DNA of 64,000 nucleotides from Oxalobacteraceae bacterium (GTDB lineage Bacteria; Pseudomonadota; Gammaproteobacteria; Burkholderiales; Burkholderiaceae_D), in the NCBI GenBank assembly GCA_900299005.1, contig OMID01000062.1:38543-102542 (forward strand). Reading direction: 5' to 3'. Every line of letters begins with the position of its first letter. The stretch's first letter is position 1. Both the position numbers and the translations under genes were made by a program. This document shows, piece by piece, positions 30,843 to 42,265 of this stretch. Under the pieces are notes generated by a model. The model was not told the DNA's origin. It ran no database searches and was given only the letters and a program-made list of their open reading frames with translations.

Positions 30843-32374
30843 TGGCGCTCGCCGTGCTTTTGGCCGCCGACGTCAGCCACTGGCTGCGCAATGTGGCGCC
30901 GTCTGCGCAGCTGTCGCTCGATTCGCGCCGCATTCAGCGGGGCGATGTATTCCTCGCTTGTCCGGGTGACAGCGGAGATGGTCGAGATTACATCTCGCAG
31001 GCGATTGAGGCTGGCGCACGCGTCATCGTGTTCGACACTGCAGATGAATTCGAGTGGAAATCCGAGTGGGAAGTCGAGCATTGCGGTGTGCCAGGGCTGG
31101 CCGCCAGCGTTGGTCGTATTGCCTTCGATTGGTATGGCCAACCGGATAGCGACATGTTCAGTGTGGCTGTCACGGGTACCAATGGCAAGACCTCTTGTAC
31201 CCAATGGCTCGGGCAGGCGCTATCGCGCGAAGGGTGGCCGACCTGTGTCGTTGGCACTCTGGGTGTCGGCCTGTACCGTCATGGTGAGAGCGGTGAATTT
31301 CAGCCGACAGGTTTTACCACGCCCGATGCCGTGCAGCTTGCGCGCCAGCTGGCTGCGATGCGTCACACGGGCGCGAAGGCCCTCGCCATCGAAGCTTCAT
31401 CGATCGGGCTGGCGCAGGGTCGATTGAGTCACCTGCATGTCGATGTCGCCGTGCTGACCAATTTCACGCGTGATCATCTGGATTTTCATGGCGACATGAT
31501 GGCCTATGAGGCTGCCAAGGCCACACTGTTCGACTGGCCCGGACTACAGCACGCCGTGATCAATCTGGATGATCCCATGGGCCTGCGTCGTCTGGCGCAG
31601 CTGCAAGTGCGTCAGCCACGGGTGGAAGTGATCGGGTATACGACCGAGGGTGTAACAGCGAAGGATATCGCTGTGCTTACTGCAGCCGACATTCGCGTCA
31701 GTCAGCATGGTGCGATCTTTCAGCTGTCCTCGCCATTTGGCAGCGGGACGGTGCGCACGCATCTGATTGGCCACTTCAATGTCAGCAATGTACTGGCAGT
31801 GGCGGGCGTGCTTTTCGCGCGTGGCCTAGCCTGGAACAGCGTGATACGTCATCTGGAATCGCTGGTTGCCGTTCCCGGACGCATGCAGCAACTCGGCGGT
31901 CATGACGGACCGCTGGCGGTCATCGATTACGCGCACACGCCGGATGCGCTGGACAAGGCACTGAACACACTGAGGCAAGTCGCCGACGTTCGCCACGGTC
32001 AGCTGTGGTGCGTTTTCGGCTGCGGTGGTGATCGTGATCCCGGCAAACGAGCGCAGATGGGTATAGCAGCGCGGGCAGCTGATCATCTGGTGATCACTAG
32101 CGACAATCCGCGCAGCGAAGAGCCGTCGGCCATCATTGCGCAAATCCTGGCGGGCACCAGCGACATGGACAAAGACCGGGTGCAGGTCATCGAGGATCGC
32201 GCCAATGCCATTCTGTCGGCCATACGCCATGCGGGCAAGCATGATGTGGTGCTCGTGGCGGGCAAAGGCCATGAGGATTACCAGGAAATCAAAGGCAGAA
32301 AGCTTGCGTTCCGCGATGCGGATCATGCTGCCCTGGCACTGGCCACGCGCGCCACGCGCTATGGAGGCCATTGA
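30842..32374 (+). CDS. murE: UDP-MurNAc-L-Ala-D-Glu--DAP ligase
   Basis: VTGTNGKTS, NFTRDHLDFH, DYAHTPDA, CGGDRD, SDNPR (DAP-type), GKGHEDYQ. Confidence 0.96.
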   Translation: MALAVLLAADVSHWLRNVAPSAQLSLDSRRIQRGDVFLACPGDSGDGRDYISQAIEAGARVIVFDTADEFEWKSEWEVEHCGVPGLAASVGRIAFDWYGQPDSDMFSVAVTGTNGKTSCTQWLGQALSREGWPTCVVGTLGVGLYRHGESGEFQPTGFTTPDAVQLARQLAAMRHTGAKALAIEASSIGLAQGRLSHLHVDVAVLTNFTRDHLDFHGDMMAYEAAKATLFDWPGLQHAVINLDDPMGLRRLAQLQVRQPRVEVIGYTTEGVTAKDIAVLTAADIRVSQHGAIFQLSSPFGSGTVRTHLIGHFNVSNVLAVAGVLFARGLAWNSVIRHLESLVAVPGRMQQLGGHDGPLAVIDYAHTPDALDKALNTLRQVADVRHGQLWCVFGCGGDRDPGKRAQMGIAARAADHLVITSDNPRSEEPSAIIAQILAGTSDMDKDRVQVIEDRANAILSAIRHAGKHDVVLVAGKGHEDYQEIKGRKLAFRDADHAALALATRATRYGGH

Positions 32375-33735
32375 TGCGCGCGCAACTCTCCGATCTGCTC
32401 ACTCTTATACCCGGCGCGCGCATGACGGCCAATGCCGCATTCAATGGCGTGTCCACCAATAGCAAGGCTATTGCCAGGGCTAATGTGTTCGTGGCCTTGC
32501 GAGGTGAACGCTTTGATGCCCATGATTTCCTGCAGGATGTTGTTGAACAAGGTGCCGCCGCAGTCGTTGTCGAGCATATTCCGGATGGCTTTGTATTGCC
32601 TGCACTCGTCGTGAATGACACGCGCTATGCCCTTGGGCAGATGGCTCATTTCTGGCGCAGGCAATTCAATATACCTGTCATTGGCGTCACCGGTAGCAAT
32701 GGCAAGACCACAGTCAAGGAAATGATCGCCGCGATTTTTTCTGCTGCGTTCGGCGAGGAGAACTATGTATCCACCCGAGGCAATCTGAACAACGAGATCG
32801 GTGTGCCCTTGACCTTGTTCAGACTGGATGCTTCGCATCGTGCTGCCGTCATCGAGATGGGTATGAACCACGCGGGCGAGATCGCCCATCTGGCTGAAAT
32901 TGCGGAACCCACGGTAGGTCTGGTCAACAACGCGCAGCGCGAGCATCAGGAATTCATGTCCAGCGTTGCCGCGGTCGCTGAAGAAAATGGTTCTGTTATT
33001 CGCTTGTTGGAGAACGCCGGTTGTGCGGTATTCCCTGCCGACGATGTTTACGCTTCGCTGTGGCAAGCCTATGCCGGTCAGCGTCGCATCGTGAGCTTCG
33101 GTCTCGATGCCTCCGCCGACGTGCATGGCCACTGGCAGGCGCGCGATTTCGGGAGCGATCTGCATATTAACGCCGCTGGCAAGACCATCACGGTCTCGCT
33201 GGCTGCCGCGGGCATTCATAACGTGCGCAATGCGCTGGCAGCCTGCGCAGCAACACTGGCTATCGGCATCAATGCCGAGAGTATCGCGCGCGGTTTGCAA
33301 TCTTTCACACCAGTGGCGGGTCGTCTGCAGCGTAAGAACGCCCGCAACGGGGCGCTCGTCATTGATGACACCTATAACGCCAACCCTGATTCCGTACGCG
33401 CCGCCATCGATGTGCTGGCGGCGGCACCAGCGCCGCGTACGCTGGTACTCGGCGATATGGGGGAAGTGGGCAGCGAGGGTGTGGCATTTCATGAAGAGAT
33501 TGGCAGCTATGCGCGCACACGTCACATCGAGCAGCTATTCACTTTGGGCACGCTGGCTCGCCACGCGAGCCTCGCATTTGGCGACGCGGCCCGGCACTTC
33601 GACACTATGGAAACACTCAGCCAGGAAATCGCTGCCGTTCCTTCTCGCGCCAGCGTGCTCGTCAAAGGATCACGTTTCATGAAGATGGAGCGTGTGGTCG
33701 ACATGCTCACCGGTGCGGCGGCAGGAGGTCACTGA
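32374..33735 (+). CDS. murF: UDP-MurNAc-tripeptide--D-Ala-D-Ala ligase
   Basis: [40 protein letters not shown]. Confidence 0.96.
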   Translation: MRAQLSDLLTLIPGARMTANAAFNGVSTNSKAIARANVFVALRGERFDAHDFLQDVVEQGAAAVVVEHIPDGFVLPALVVNDTRYALGQMAHFWRRQFNIPVIGVTGSNGKTTVKEMIAAIFSAAFGEENYVSTRGNLNNEIGVPLTLFRLDASHRAAVIEMGMNHAGEIAHLAEIAEPTVGLVNNAQREHQEFMSSVAAVAEENGSVIRLLENAGCAVFPADDVYASLWQAYAGQRRIVSFGLDASADVHGHWQARDFGSDLHINAAGKTITVSLAAAGIHNVRNALAACAATLAIGINAESIARGLQSFTPVAGRLQRKNARNGALVIDDTYNANPDSVRAAIDVLAAAPAPRTLVLGDMGEVGSEGVAFHEEIGSYARTRHIEQLFTLGTLARHASLAFGDAARHFDTMETLSQEIAAVPSRASVLVKGSRFMKMERVVDMLTGAAAGGH

Positions 33736-33736
33736 G

Positions 33737-34906
33737 ATGTTGCTCTGGTTAGCCCAACAGTTTCAGGATCAACTCGGTGCGCTACGGGTATTCAACTTCA
33801 TCACTTTTCGCGCAGTGTTTGCGACGCTGACTGCGTTGCTAATTGGCTTGTTGGCCGGTCCGGCTGTCATACGCATGCTGACTACGTTAAAGGTCGGACA
33901 AGCCGTGCGCACCGATGGTCCGCAAACCCATTTGGTCAAGTCAGGCACACCGACCATGGGCGGTTCCCTGATCCTGATCGGCATCGGTGTGTCGACCCTG
34001 CTGTGGGGTGACTGGAGCAACCGCTTCATCTGGCCTGTGCTGATTGTGACACTCGGCTTTGGCGTGATTGGCTGGGTTGATGACTATCGCAAGGTGGTCT
34101 TCAAAGATCCGACCGGTATGCGCTCGCGAGAAAAATATTTCTGGCAATCGCTCATCGGCCTGCTCGCTGCGTTCTATCTTGCATTCTCGGTGTCCGGTCC
34201 GACCAACATCAAGGTATGGGAATTGTTCCTCGCATGGGTGCAATCCGGATTTTCGATGGACTTGCCACCCAAGGCCGACCTGATCGTACCGTTCTTCAAG
34301 ACTATCAGTTATCCGTTAGGTGTCTGGGGTTTTATTGCGCTGACCTATTTCGTTATAGTCGGCACCAGTAATGCGGTCAACCTGACTGATGGGCTTGACG
34401 GCTTGGCCATCATGCCTACCGTGATGGTTGGCTCCGCACTGGGCCTTTTTGCCTACCTCACGGGTAGTGCAACCTACGCAAAATATCTGCTGATACCGCA
34501 CATCCCCGGTGCGGGTGAACTGCTGATTTTCTGTGGCGCGATGGCCGGCGCCGGGCTCGCTTTCCTATGGTTCAACGCCTATCCGGCACAGGTGTTCATG
34601 GGCGATGTCGGTGCGCTGGCGCTCGGTGGCGCCCTGGGCACGATTGCTGTCATTGTCCGCCAAGAGATTGTGCTCTTCATCATGGGCGGCGTGTTTGTAG
34701 TCGAGACACTGTCCGTGATGCTGCAGGTTGCTTACTTCAAGTACACCAAGATGAAGACCGGCGTGGGCAAGCGTGTGCTGCTCATGGCGCCGCTTCATCA
34801 TCACTACGAACAAAAAGGCTGGAAAGAAACACAGGTGGTGGTGCGCTTCTGGATCATCACCATGATGCTGGTACTGATCGGCTTGTCAACGCTGAAGCTT
34901 CGTTAG
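33737..34906 (+). CDS. mraY: Phospho-N-acetylmuramoyl-pentapeptide-transferase
   Basis: [42 protein letters not shown]; start MLLWLAQ at 33737. Confidence 0.97.
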   Translation: MLLWLAQQFQDQLGALRVFNFITFRAVFATLTALLIGLLAGPAVIRMLTTLKVGQAVRTDGPQTHLVKSGTPTMGGSLILIGIGVSTLLWGDWSNRFIWPVLIVTLGFGVIGWVDDYRKVVFKDPTGMRSREKYFWQSLIGLLAAFYLAFSVSGPTNIKVWELFLAWVQSGFSMDLPPKADLIVPFFKTISYPLGVWGFIALTYFVIVGTSNAVNLTDGLDGLAIMPTVMVGSALGLFAYLTGSATYAKYLLIPHIPGAGELLIFCGAMAGAGLAFLWFNAYPAQVFMGDVGALALGGALGTIAVIVRQEIVLFIMGGVFVVETLSVMLQVAYFKYTKMKTGVGKRVLLMAPLHHHYEQKGWKETQVVVRFWIITMMLVLIGLSTLKLR

Positions 34907-34932
34907 GAATCAAGACAGGAACGGCCACAGGG

Positions 34933-36447
34933 ATGCAAACCCGAGGAATGAATTTCGCAGGCAAACACGCCCTCGTAGTCGGGCTAGGTGAATCGGGCCT
35001 GGCGATTGCGCACTGGCTCGCGCGTGCTGGCGCTCGCCTGCGCGTCGCTGACACTCGGCCATTTCCCGAGCGACTCACCGGCTTGCGCGAGTTTGTGCCC
35101 ACCGCAGAATTTATCGCCGGTGAATTCACGCCCGCGCTGCTCGACGGTATCGATCTGGTATTGCTGAGCCCCGGACTATCGCCTCACAAAGAGCTCGCCG
35201 ACCTGCTGCCGGCTGCTAACACAAAGCAGATTCCGGTCTGGGGCGAGATCGAACTATTTGCCCAGGCACTGGCAGCGCTGAAGGAAGAACGCGGCTACCA
35301 GCCGAGAATGCTTGGCATTACCGGGACCAATGGCAAGACTACGGTCACCTCTCTGACGGGACATTTATGCCGTGCCGCCGGCTTAGCCGTCCAGGTCGCC
35401 GGCAATATCAGCCCTGCAGCGCTGGATGTGCTGCGCGAGGCGCTGGATCAGGACCGTCTGCCTGATTGCTGGGTGCTCGAACTCTCCAGTTTCCAGTTGT
35501 GGAGCACCCGCACACTGGACCTTGATGCCGCCACTGTGCTCAACATCACCCAAGACCATCTCGATTGGCATGGCGACATCGAGGCCTACGCCAAAGCCAA
35601 GGAACGCATCTTCGGGGCACACACCATTCGCGTGCTCAATCGCGACGATGCGCGCGTGATGAAAATGAAAGGCCAAGAAGCCAACATCATCACCTTTGGC
35701 GCCGACGCGCCAGCCGACGCCAATGACCTTGGCTTGCTTGAAGAACACGGTATGCGCTGGCTGATGCTGGCCGTTGACGCTGGTGAAGCAGGTGAGAAAA
35801 AGCGACGAGGCAAAGCAAAAGTTCCGACAGAGCTGTTCATGAACCGGTTGATGCCTGCCGATGCGCTGAAAATACGTGGCTTGCACAATGCGACCAACGT
35901 ACTTGCCGCCTTAGCTCTGTGCCGCGCGATTGATCTGCCACTTGCGCCCCTGCTGCATGCAGCGCGTCAATATAAGGGCGAGCCGCATCGCGTAGAGAGC
36001 GTAACGACCATAGCCGGTGTTGATTACATCGATGACAGCAAAGGAACGAATGTCGGTGCGACCATTGCGGCCCTCGAAGGTCTGGGGGCATCGGATGCCG
36101 TCAACTCCCCGCGCCTGATTCTGATTGCGGGTGGCGATGGCAAAGGACAGGATTTCGCACCCCTCGTCGGCCCGGTGAAGCGCCATGCAAAAGCCGTGAT
36201 GCTGATCGGGCGTGACGGACCGGCCCTCCGTGAGGCGCTCGCCGCCACCGACGTGCCCCTGACAGATTGCTGGACTCTGGAGCAAGCTGTCGAGCGCGCC
36301 TCCGAGATCGCCAGGGAGGGCGACATCGTGCTGCTCTCACCTGCCTGCGCGAGCTTTGACATGTTTACCAACTATGCGCATCGAGCCGAAGTATTCGTCA
36401 ATGCCGTGCGCGAGATCGGCTTATCGCGCGGGGAGATCAGTGCATGA
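34933..36447 (+). CDS. murD: UDP-MurNAc-L-Ala--D-Glu ligase
   Basis: [49 protein letters not shown]; start 34933 or 34948. Confidence 0.96.
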   Translation: MQTRGMNFAGKHALVVGLGESGLAIAHWLARAGARLRVADTRPFPERLTGLREFVPTAEFIAGEFTPALLDGIDLVLLSPGLSPHKELADLLPAANTKQIPVWGEIELFAQALAALKEERGYQPRMLGITGTNGKTTVTSLTGHLCRAAGLAVQVAGNISPAALDVLREALDQDRLPDCWVLELSSFQLWSTRTLDLDAATVLNITQDHLDWHGDIEAYAKAKERIFGAHTIRVLNRDDARVMKMKGQEANIITFGADAPADANDLGLLEEHGMRWLMLAVDAGEAGEKKRRGKAKVPTELFMNRLMPADALKIRGLHNATNVLAALALCRAIDLPLAPLLHAARQYKGEPHRVESVTTIAGVDYIDDSKGTNVGATIAALEGLGASDAVNSPRLILIAGGDGKGQDFAPLVGPVKRHAKAVMLIGRDGPALREALAATDVPLTDCWTLEQAVERASEIAREGDIVLLSPACASFDMFTNYAHRAEVFVNAVREIGLSRGEISA

Positions 36448-37652
36448 AGCTCACCTTGCCCTGGTTTGCGAGTCACGAATCATCCGCCGCCGATGCGCGC
36501 ATCGGTCAGCGTTCGAGCATGCTTGAGTACGACCAGCCGCTGGTCTGGGTCACTTTGCTACTGCTGTTGGGCGGGATAGTGATGGTCTACTCCGCTTCAA
36601 TCAGCCTGCCCGACTCGCCGAAGTATGCAAATTACAAGAACCATCACTTTTTGCTGCGCCAGACAACGTTTGTCGGAATCGGCCTCCTTGCCGGTTTATT
36701 TGCGTTCCGCGTCAAGATCGAGCAATGGCAAAAAGCAGCGCCCGCCTTGTTCATCCTTTCGCTGGTGCTGATGGTACTGGTGCTCATTCCGGGTGTTGGC
36801 AAGGGCGTCAACGGCGCGCGACGTTGGATAGGATTTGGCGGACTCAATCTTCAGCCATCGGAACTCCTCAAGCTGATGATGGTCCTTTACGCGGCCGACT
36901 TCACAGTACGCAAACAGCAGTACATGCACAAACTCACAAAAGGTTTTCTGCCGATGGCGCTGGCCGTCGGATTTGTCGGCGGCTTGCTTCTTTTACAGCC
37001 TGACCTCGGCGCCTTTGGCGTGATCGTTTGCATTGCGATGGGTATTTTGTTCCTGGGCGGTTTTAATATCGTCTGGTTCAGCGGCATCATAGGCGTGCTG
37101 GGTGCCGTATTCTCGCTCGTGATCTTGCTCTCGCCATGGCGCCGCGAACGTCTGCTGGCCTACATGAACCCTTGGGTGGACGAAAACGTGCTTGGCAAGG
37201 CGTATCAGCTATCACATTCGCTGATCGCTTTCGGCCGCGGTGAACTGTTTGGCGTCGGGCTGGGAGGCAGCGTCGAAAAACTGCATTACCTGCCCGAGGC
37301 ACACACCGACTTTTTGCTGGCCGTGATCGGCGAAGAACTTGGACTGGCAGGCGTGTTGCTTGTGACGATGGCGTTTTACTGGATCGTGCGTCGCGCTTTC
37401 GAGATCGGAAGGCAGTCGATCGCCGTCGATAACGTATTCGCCGGCCTCGTCGCCAAAGGCATCGGTATCTGGATCGGTGTACAGACATTCATCAACATGG
37501 GCGTCAATCTTGGCCTGCTGCCAACCAAAGGCTTGACCTTGCCCCTGATGAGCTACGGTGGATCAGGGGTCGTCATAAATTGCATCGGCCTCGCCATGCT
37601 CCTCCGAATTGATTATGAAAACAGAGTACTCATGCGCGGAGGCCGCGCATGA
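36444..37652 (+). CDS. ftsW: Peptidoglycan glycosyltransferase FtsW
   Basis: [44 protein letters not shown]. Confidence 0.96.
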   Translation: MKLTLPWFASHESSAADARIGQRSSMLEYDQPLVWVTLLLLLGGIVMVYSASISLPDSPKYANYKNHHFLLRQTTFVGIGLLAGLFAFRVKIEQWQKAAPALFILSLVLMVLVLIPGVGKGVNGARRWIGFGGLNLQPSELLKLMMVLYAADFTVRKQQYMHKLTKGFLPMALAVGFVGGLLLLQPDLGAFGVIVCIAMGILFLGGFNIVWFSGIIGVLGAVFSLVILLSPWRRERLLAYMNPWVDENVLGKAYQLSHSLIAFGRGELFGVGLGGSVEKLHYLPEAHTDFLLAVIGEELGLAGVLLVTMAFYWIVRRAFEIGRQSIAVDNVFAGLVAKGIGIWIGVQTFINMGVNLGLLPTKGLTLPLMSYGGSGVVINCIGLAMLLRIDYENRVLMRGGRA

Positions 37653-37757
37653 GTACTCTGTTTCGGTGGAGGCTAACTTTGCGCAGCAAAGTTAAGGGAG
37701 CGTTAGCGACTGGCCGTAGCCAAAACGTTTTTTGGATGCGCGGAGGCCGCGCATGAG
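37619..37757. repeat. Junction insertion: 22-bp direct repeat (37632-37653 and 37736-37757) flanking an 82-bp insert, with 21-bp, 9-bp and 6-bp inverted repeats
   Basis: ATGCGCGGAGGCCGCGCATGAG occurs twice, 104 bp apart; perfect stem 37619-37639/37643-37663; TAACTTTGC-GCA-GCAAAGTTA at 37674-37694; CCAAAA-CGTT-TTTTGG at 37720-37735. Confidence 0.92.
37649..37756 (+). CDS. Putative 35-aa coupling mini-[38 protein letters not shown]
   Basis: ATG overlaps the ftsW stop (ATGA) and its TGA overlaps the murG ATG; GGAGG upstream. Translation is not demonstrated. Confidence 0.45.
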   Translation: MSTLFRWRLTLRSKVKGALATGRSQNVFWMRGGRA

Positions 37758-38826
37758 CCGGCTCCTCATCATGGCGGCAGGAACGGGCGGCCACATCTTT
37801 CCGGGGCTCGCTATTGCCGACACCATGCGTGCTCGTGGCTGGCAGGTGTCCTGGCTTGGCACGACGCGAGGCATGGAAGCAGAGATTGTTCCGCGCCATG
37901 GCCTTGATTTTGATGCGATCAATTTCACCGGCATGCGTGGGAAGGGGCTGCTGCATACGCTCACGGGCACCATCAAACTGGCAGTGAGTTTTTTCAGCTG
38001 TTTGTTGATCCTTCTGCGCCGCAAGCCAGATGTTGTGCTTGGCATGGGGGGTTACGTGACGGTGCCGGGCGGCGTTGTGGCGAAAGTCTGTGGCGTGCCG
38101 CTGGCGCTGGTGAACGCGGATGCCGCCTTGCTGATGTCAAACAAAGCCTTGCTGCCATTTGCCCAAAAAGTACTCTTTGGCTTTTCCGCGCAAGCTGACG
38201 AGCTCGATGCCAAGATGCAGGTAACGGGCAATCCGGTGCGGCGCGAGATACGCGAATTACCGTCGCCTGCCCAGCGTTATGCCACACGGTCAGGAGCGCT
38301 GAATATTCTGGTCATCGGTGGCAGTCTGGGTGCAAAAGCCCTGAATGACACGATACCAGCCGTACTCGCGCTGATTGATCAAGGCGAACGTCCCCGGGTA
38401 GTGCATCAGTCCGGCAAACCGCATATCGCGGCATTGCGTGCGCAGTACGCCCAGCGTCAGGTCGATGCCGAGGTGGTTGACTTCATTGACGACATGGCTG
38501 CCCGTTACGCGTGGGCCGATCTCGTGATCTGCCGTGCCGGTGCAATCACGGTGGCTGAACTGTGTGCCGCCGGCGTGGCCAGCGTGCTGGTGCCCTTCAT
38601 TGCCTCGACCACATCGCATCAGCGCGAGAACGCACGCTGGATGGCCAGCATAGGCGCCGCCATCCATCAGCCGCAAAGCGAGCTCAATAGCGAGGCACTG
38701 GCCTCCTTGATTAAGACGATGACGCGTGAGCGCTGCCTGCACATGGCCGATGCTGCTTACCGGCATGGCAAACGCGATGCCAATGAGGCGATTGCACAAG
38801 TACTGGAAACTTTAGGGCATGCATGA
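37753..38826 (+). CDS. murG: Undecaprenyldiphospho-muramoylpentapeptide beta-N-acetylglucosaminyltransferase
   Basis: MAAGTGGHIFPG, GMGGYV, GNPVR, GGSLGA, RAGAIT, HQRENA; start ATG 37753. Confidence 0.96.
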   Translation: MSRLLIMAAGTGGHIFPGLAIADTMRARGWQVSWLGTTRGMEAEIVPRHGLDFDAINFTGMRGKGLLHTLTGTIKLAVSFFSCLLILLRRKPDVVLGMGGYVTVPGGVVAKVCGVPLALVNADAALLMSNKALLPFAQKVLFGFSAQADELDAKMQVTGNPVRREIRELPSPAQRYATRSGALNILVIGGSLGAKALNDTIPAVLALIDQGERPRVVHQSGKPHIAALRAQYAQRQVDAEVVDFIDDMAARYAWADLVICRAGAITVAELCAAGVASVLVPFIASTTSHQRENARWMASIGAAIHQPQSELNSEALASLIKTMTRERCLHMADAAYRHGKRDANEAIAQVLETLGHA

Positions 38827-38927
38827 AATATCAATTCAAACACCACTACTTTGTGGATCGAACAATGCGGCCGTGCCGAACTCGTCTGCAGGCGATGATG
38901 TCGACGTTGCCAAGGGTGTGTCGCTAA
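38823..38927 (+). CDS. Putative 34-aa mini-[37 protein letters not shown] with a degenerate copy of the murC N-terminus
   Basis: ATG overlaps the murG stop (ATGA); TAA ends 1 nt before the murC ATG; the first 12 codons match Mur[13 protein letters not shown] at 6/12 aa and 23/36 nt. Confidence 0.4.
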   Translation: MKYQFKHHYFVDRTMRPCRTRLQAMMSTLPRVCR

Positions 38928-38928
38928 C

Positions 38929-40341
38929 ATGAAACACAAGGTAAAACACATCCACTTTGTCGGCATCGGCGGTTCCGGCATGAGTGGCATTGCAGAGGTG
39001 CTGCTGAACCTGGGCTATACCGTGTCTGGCTCTGATTTGTCGAGCAATGCAGCCAGCGGCCGATTGGCCGAACTAGGTGCTTGCATTCGTATTGGTCATG
39101 CGCCGGAGCATGTTGAGGGTGCGGACGCCATCGTCACCTCGACCGCCGTGCAGCCAAATAATCCTGAAGTCATCGCAGCGCGTGCGCGTCATATTCCTAT
39201 CGTGCCGCGTGCCGTCATGCTGGCCGAACTGATGCGTTTGAAACGTGGCATTGCGATCGCCGGCACGCATGGCAAGACAACAACGACCAGCCTGGTTGCC
39301 AGCATTCTTGCCGAGGGTGGGCTGGATCCGACCTTCGTGATTGGTGGACGTCTCAATAGCGCGGGTGCCAATGCAAAGCTGGGGACAGGCGAATTTATCG
39401 TGGCCGAGGCAGACGAATCGGACGCTTCTTTCCTGAACCTCTCGCCGGTGATCGAGGTCATTACGAACATCGATGCCGATCACATGGAGACCTACGACCA
39501 TAGCTTTGCGAAGCTCAAGCAAGCCTTCATCGAATTCACGCACAGACTGCCCTTCTATGGCGTGGCGATTCTGTGCATTGATGATCGCAACGTGCGCGAG
39601 ATCATGCCGTTCATTTCAAAGATGGTGATGACGTATGGTTTCCATGAAGAGGCGGACGTGCGCGCGATTGATGCGCGCGCGGTCAATGGTCACATGGAAT
39701 TCACTGTGCTGCAGAAAGACTATGATCCGCTGCCGGTACGCTTGAATCAGCCAGGCATGCACAATGTACAGAATGCCTGTGCGGCCATTGCGATTGCCCG
39801 CGAGCTGGATATCGCGGATGGGCATATACAGAAGGCGCTGAAAAATTTCACTGGCGTTGGTCGCCGATTCACCAAGTACGGGCAACTACCGCTGCCGGGT
39901 GGTGGCAGCTTCAGTCTGGTCGATGACTACGGCCATCATCCGGTAGAGACAGCGGCCACCATTGCAGCAGCGCGAGGTGCTTTTCCGCACAAACGTCTTG
40001 TGCTGGCATTCCAGCCCCATCGTTACACCCGCACGCGGGATCTCTTTGAAGATTTCGTAAAGGTGCTCTCCACCGTGGATGTGCTATTGCTTGCCGATGT
40101 TTATCCAGCAGGTGAGCAACCCATACCGGCAGCTGACGGTCGTTCGCTCGCTCATGCCCTGCGGGTCGTAGGAAAGACGGAACTCGTATTTGTTGAAGAT
40201 ATTGCCGACATGCCCGAGTTGCTGTTGAAGATGGCGCAGGATGGCGATGTGGTCATGACGATGGGTGCAGGTTCGATTGCCAACGTGCCCTCGGCCCTGC
40301 AGCAACTGACCGCCGGCGATGCTCGCAAGGAGACTGCATGA
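38929..40341 (+). CDS. murC: UDP-N-acetylmuramate--L-alanine ligase
   Basis: [44 protein letters not shown]. Confidence 0.97.
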   Translation: MKHKVKHIHFVGIGGSGMSGIAEVLLNLGYTVSGSDLSSNAASGRLAELGACIRIGHAPEHVEGADAIVTSTAVQPNNPEVIAARARHIPIVPRAVMLAELMRLKRGIAIAGTHGKTTTTSLVASILAEGGLDPTFVIGGRLNSAGANAKLGTGEFIVAEADESDASFLNLSPVIEVITNIDADHMETYDHSFAKLKQAFIEFTHRLPFYGVAILCIDDRNVREIMPFISKMVMTYGFHEEADVRAIDARAVNGHMEFTVLQKDYDPLPVRLNQPGMHNVQNACAAIAIARELDIADGHIQKALKNFTGVGRRFTKYGQLPLPGGGSFSLVDDYGHHPVETAATIAAARGAFPHKRLVLAFQPHRYTRTRDLFEDFVKVLSTVDVLLLADVYPAGEQPIPAADGRSLAHALRVVGKTELVFVEDIADMPELLLKMAQDGDVVMTMGAGSIANVPSALQQLTAGDARKETA

Positions 40342-41318
40342 GCGCGCACCTGAGAGCAGAGTTTGGTAAGGTCGGTGTCCTGTTTGGTGGCCGTTCGGCT
40401 GAGCGAGAGATCTCGCTCATGTCAGGAGGCGGCGTGATCAAGGCCTTACAGTCCCAGGGTGTGGATGCCCATGCGTTCGACCCCGCGCAACGCTCCCTCG
40501 CTGATCTGGCGGCCGAAAAATTCGATCGCGTGTTCATCGCGCTGCATGGTCGCTATGGCGAAGATGGCACCTTGCAGGGCGCCCTGGAGCAGATGGGCAT
40601 TCCCTACACCGGCCCCGGGGTATTGGCGTCTGCCATTGCGATGGACAAGGCGATGACCAAACGGGTGTGGTTGTTCAATGGGCTGTCGACGCCTCGTTTC
40701 GCGATGCTGACAGCCAGCAGTGACTGGACGGCGATTGCCACCACGCTGGGACTGCCACTGATTGTCAAGCCGGCGCATGAGGGATCAACACTCGGATTGA
40801 CCAAAGTGACCTCCGTTGATCAGCTCCCCGCTGCCTACGCGCTGGCCGCAAAGTTCGACAAGGCAGTGATGGCCGAAGAATTTATCAGCGGCATGGAGCT
40901 GACCTGTCCGGTGCTCGGTGCCGGCGATGCCGCGCGCGCGTTGCCGGTGGTGCGCATTGTCGCCCCTGAGGACAATTACGACTATCAGAATAAGTATTTT
41001 TCCGACGAGACGCAGTATTTGTGTCCCAGTCAGTTGCCGGCGCCGCTGGAGAAGCAAGTTCAGCAGCTCGTGCTCGACAGCTATCGGGCAATTGGTTGCC
41101 GGGGCTGGGCGAGGGCGGATGTGATGATTCGCGAATCCGATGGTGTGCCTTTTCTACTTGAAATCAACACCTCGCCGGGCATGACAGGACATTCGCTGGT
41201 ACCGATGTCGGCCGCTGCGTCGGGCATGCCCTATGAGCAGTTGTGCATAGAAATCTTGCGCATGGCAGCCCTCGATTTGCAGGTATCGAAGGACTGGGCG
41301 CCGCCTGCCTCAGGCTGA
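40338..41318 (+). CDS. ddl: D-alanine--D-alanine ligase
   Basis: [39 protein letters not shown]. Confidence 0.96.
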   Translation: MSAHLRAEFGKVGVLFGGRSAEREISLMSGGGVIKALQSQGVDAHAFDPAQRSLADLAAEKFDRVFIALHGRYGEDGTLQGALEQMGIPYTGPGVLASAIAMDKAMTKRVWLFNGLSTPRFAMLTASSDWTAIATTLGLPLIVKPAHEGSTLGLTKVTSVDQLPAAYALAAKFDKAVMAEEFISGMELTCPVLGAGDAARALPVVRIVAPEDNYDYQNKYFSDETQYLCPSQLPAPLEKQVQQLVLDSYRAIGCRGWARADVMIRESDGVPFLLEINTSPGMTGHSLVPMSAAASGMPYEQLCIEILRMAALDLQVSKDWAPPASG

Positions 41319-41393
41319 CGGCGCGCACGGCGCGATGGCGATAAGTTGAACAACACAAACGAAAAACATAAAGAGACAAGAGGAAATAACAGC

Positions 41394-42179
41394 ATGTGGC
41401 ATGACATCAAGACATTGAACTCGGTCACCCGGACCATGTTCGGCGTGCTGGTGCTCTGTCTCCTGTTGGCGGGCTACCGCTGGGTATCTTTGCAACCGGT
41501 TTTTGATTTTCGCGTCGTCAGAGTCCAAGGTGCAAATGGCGCGCCTCTGCGCTATGTGGATGCCGCCACCGTCCGCAGTGCGGCGCTGCCACGCATACGG
41601 GGAAATTTTTTCACTGCCGATCTGGGTGCTGTGCGCGCAGCATTTGAGACCGTACCTTGGGTGCAGCGCGCGTCCGTGCGTCGCGAGTGGCCGAACAAGC
41701 TGATCGTGTCAGTCGATGAGTATGAAGTGCTGGGGACCTGGGGTGAGCAGGATGACCGATTGCTATCCGTGGATGGTTATCTGTTTACCGCGAATCTCGA
41801 TGAAGCCGAGGCCGAGGGAAGACTGCCCCAATTGTCTGGGCCGGACGACAGCGCCCGCGAAGTCGCTGAGCGGCTGGTCGATTTACGTGTCTGGTTGGCG
41901 CCAGTAAAACTTGCGCCGCGCACCTTGAGCCTCTCTAAGCGGTATGCGTGGACAGCAAGATTGGATAACGGCGTTACGCTGAAACTGGGCAGAGTGCAGG
42001 ACCGTGAAGCACTCAAGCGTCGCGTGGACCGTTTTGTGTTGGCCTATCCGCGGCTGGCGGCGCAGCTGGCCGGGCGCATAGAGAGCGTCGATATGCGATA
42101 TCCCAACGGACTGGCGTATCGGATGCGAGGCCCGTCGGCGCCTAGCGCGCCGCCGGTGAAGGAAGAGGATGCCGCATAG
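41394..42179 (+). CDS. ftsQ: Cell division protein FtsQ
   Basis: TM + POTRA (GNFFTADL...PWVQRASVRREWP), VDMRYPNG; start MWHD at 41394. Confidence 0.93.
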   Translation: MWHDIKTLNSVTRTMFGVLVLCLLLAGYRWVSLQPVFDFRVVRVQGANGAPLRYVDAATVRSAALPRIRGNFFTADLGAVRAAFETVPWVQRASVRREWPNKLIVSVDEYEVLGTWGEQDDRLLSVDGYLFTANLDEAEAEGRLPQLSGPDDSAREVAERLVDLRVWLAPVKLAPRTLSLSKRYAWTARLDNGVTLKLGRVQDREALKRRVDRFVLAYPRLAAQLAGRIESVDMRYPNGLAYRMRGPSAPSAPPVKEEDAA

Positions 42180-42265
42180 CGCGGCCAGCAGCAGGAACTG
42201 GCAGTAAACAGGCAATAAAAACACAGTAAAGCGCAGTGGCAAGGAATACCTACTTTGAAAAAGCT

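Noticed and set aside
32359-33525. 388-aa minus-strand ORF
   Set aside because: Antisense shadow of murF.
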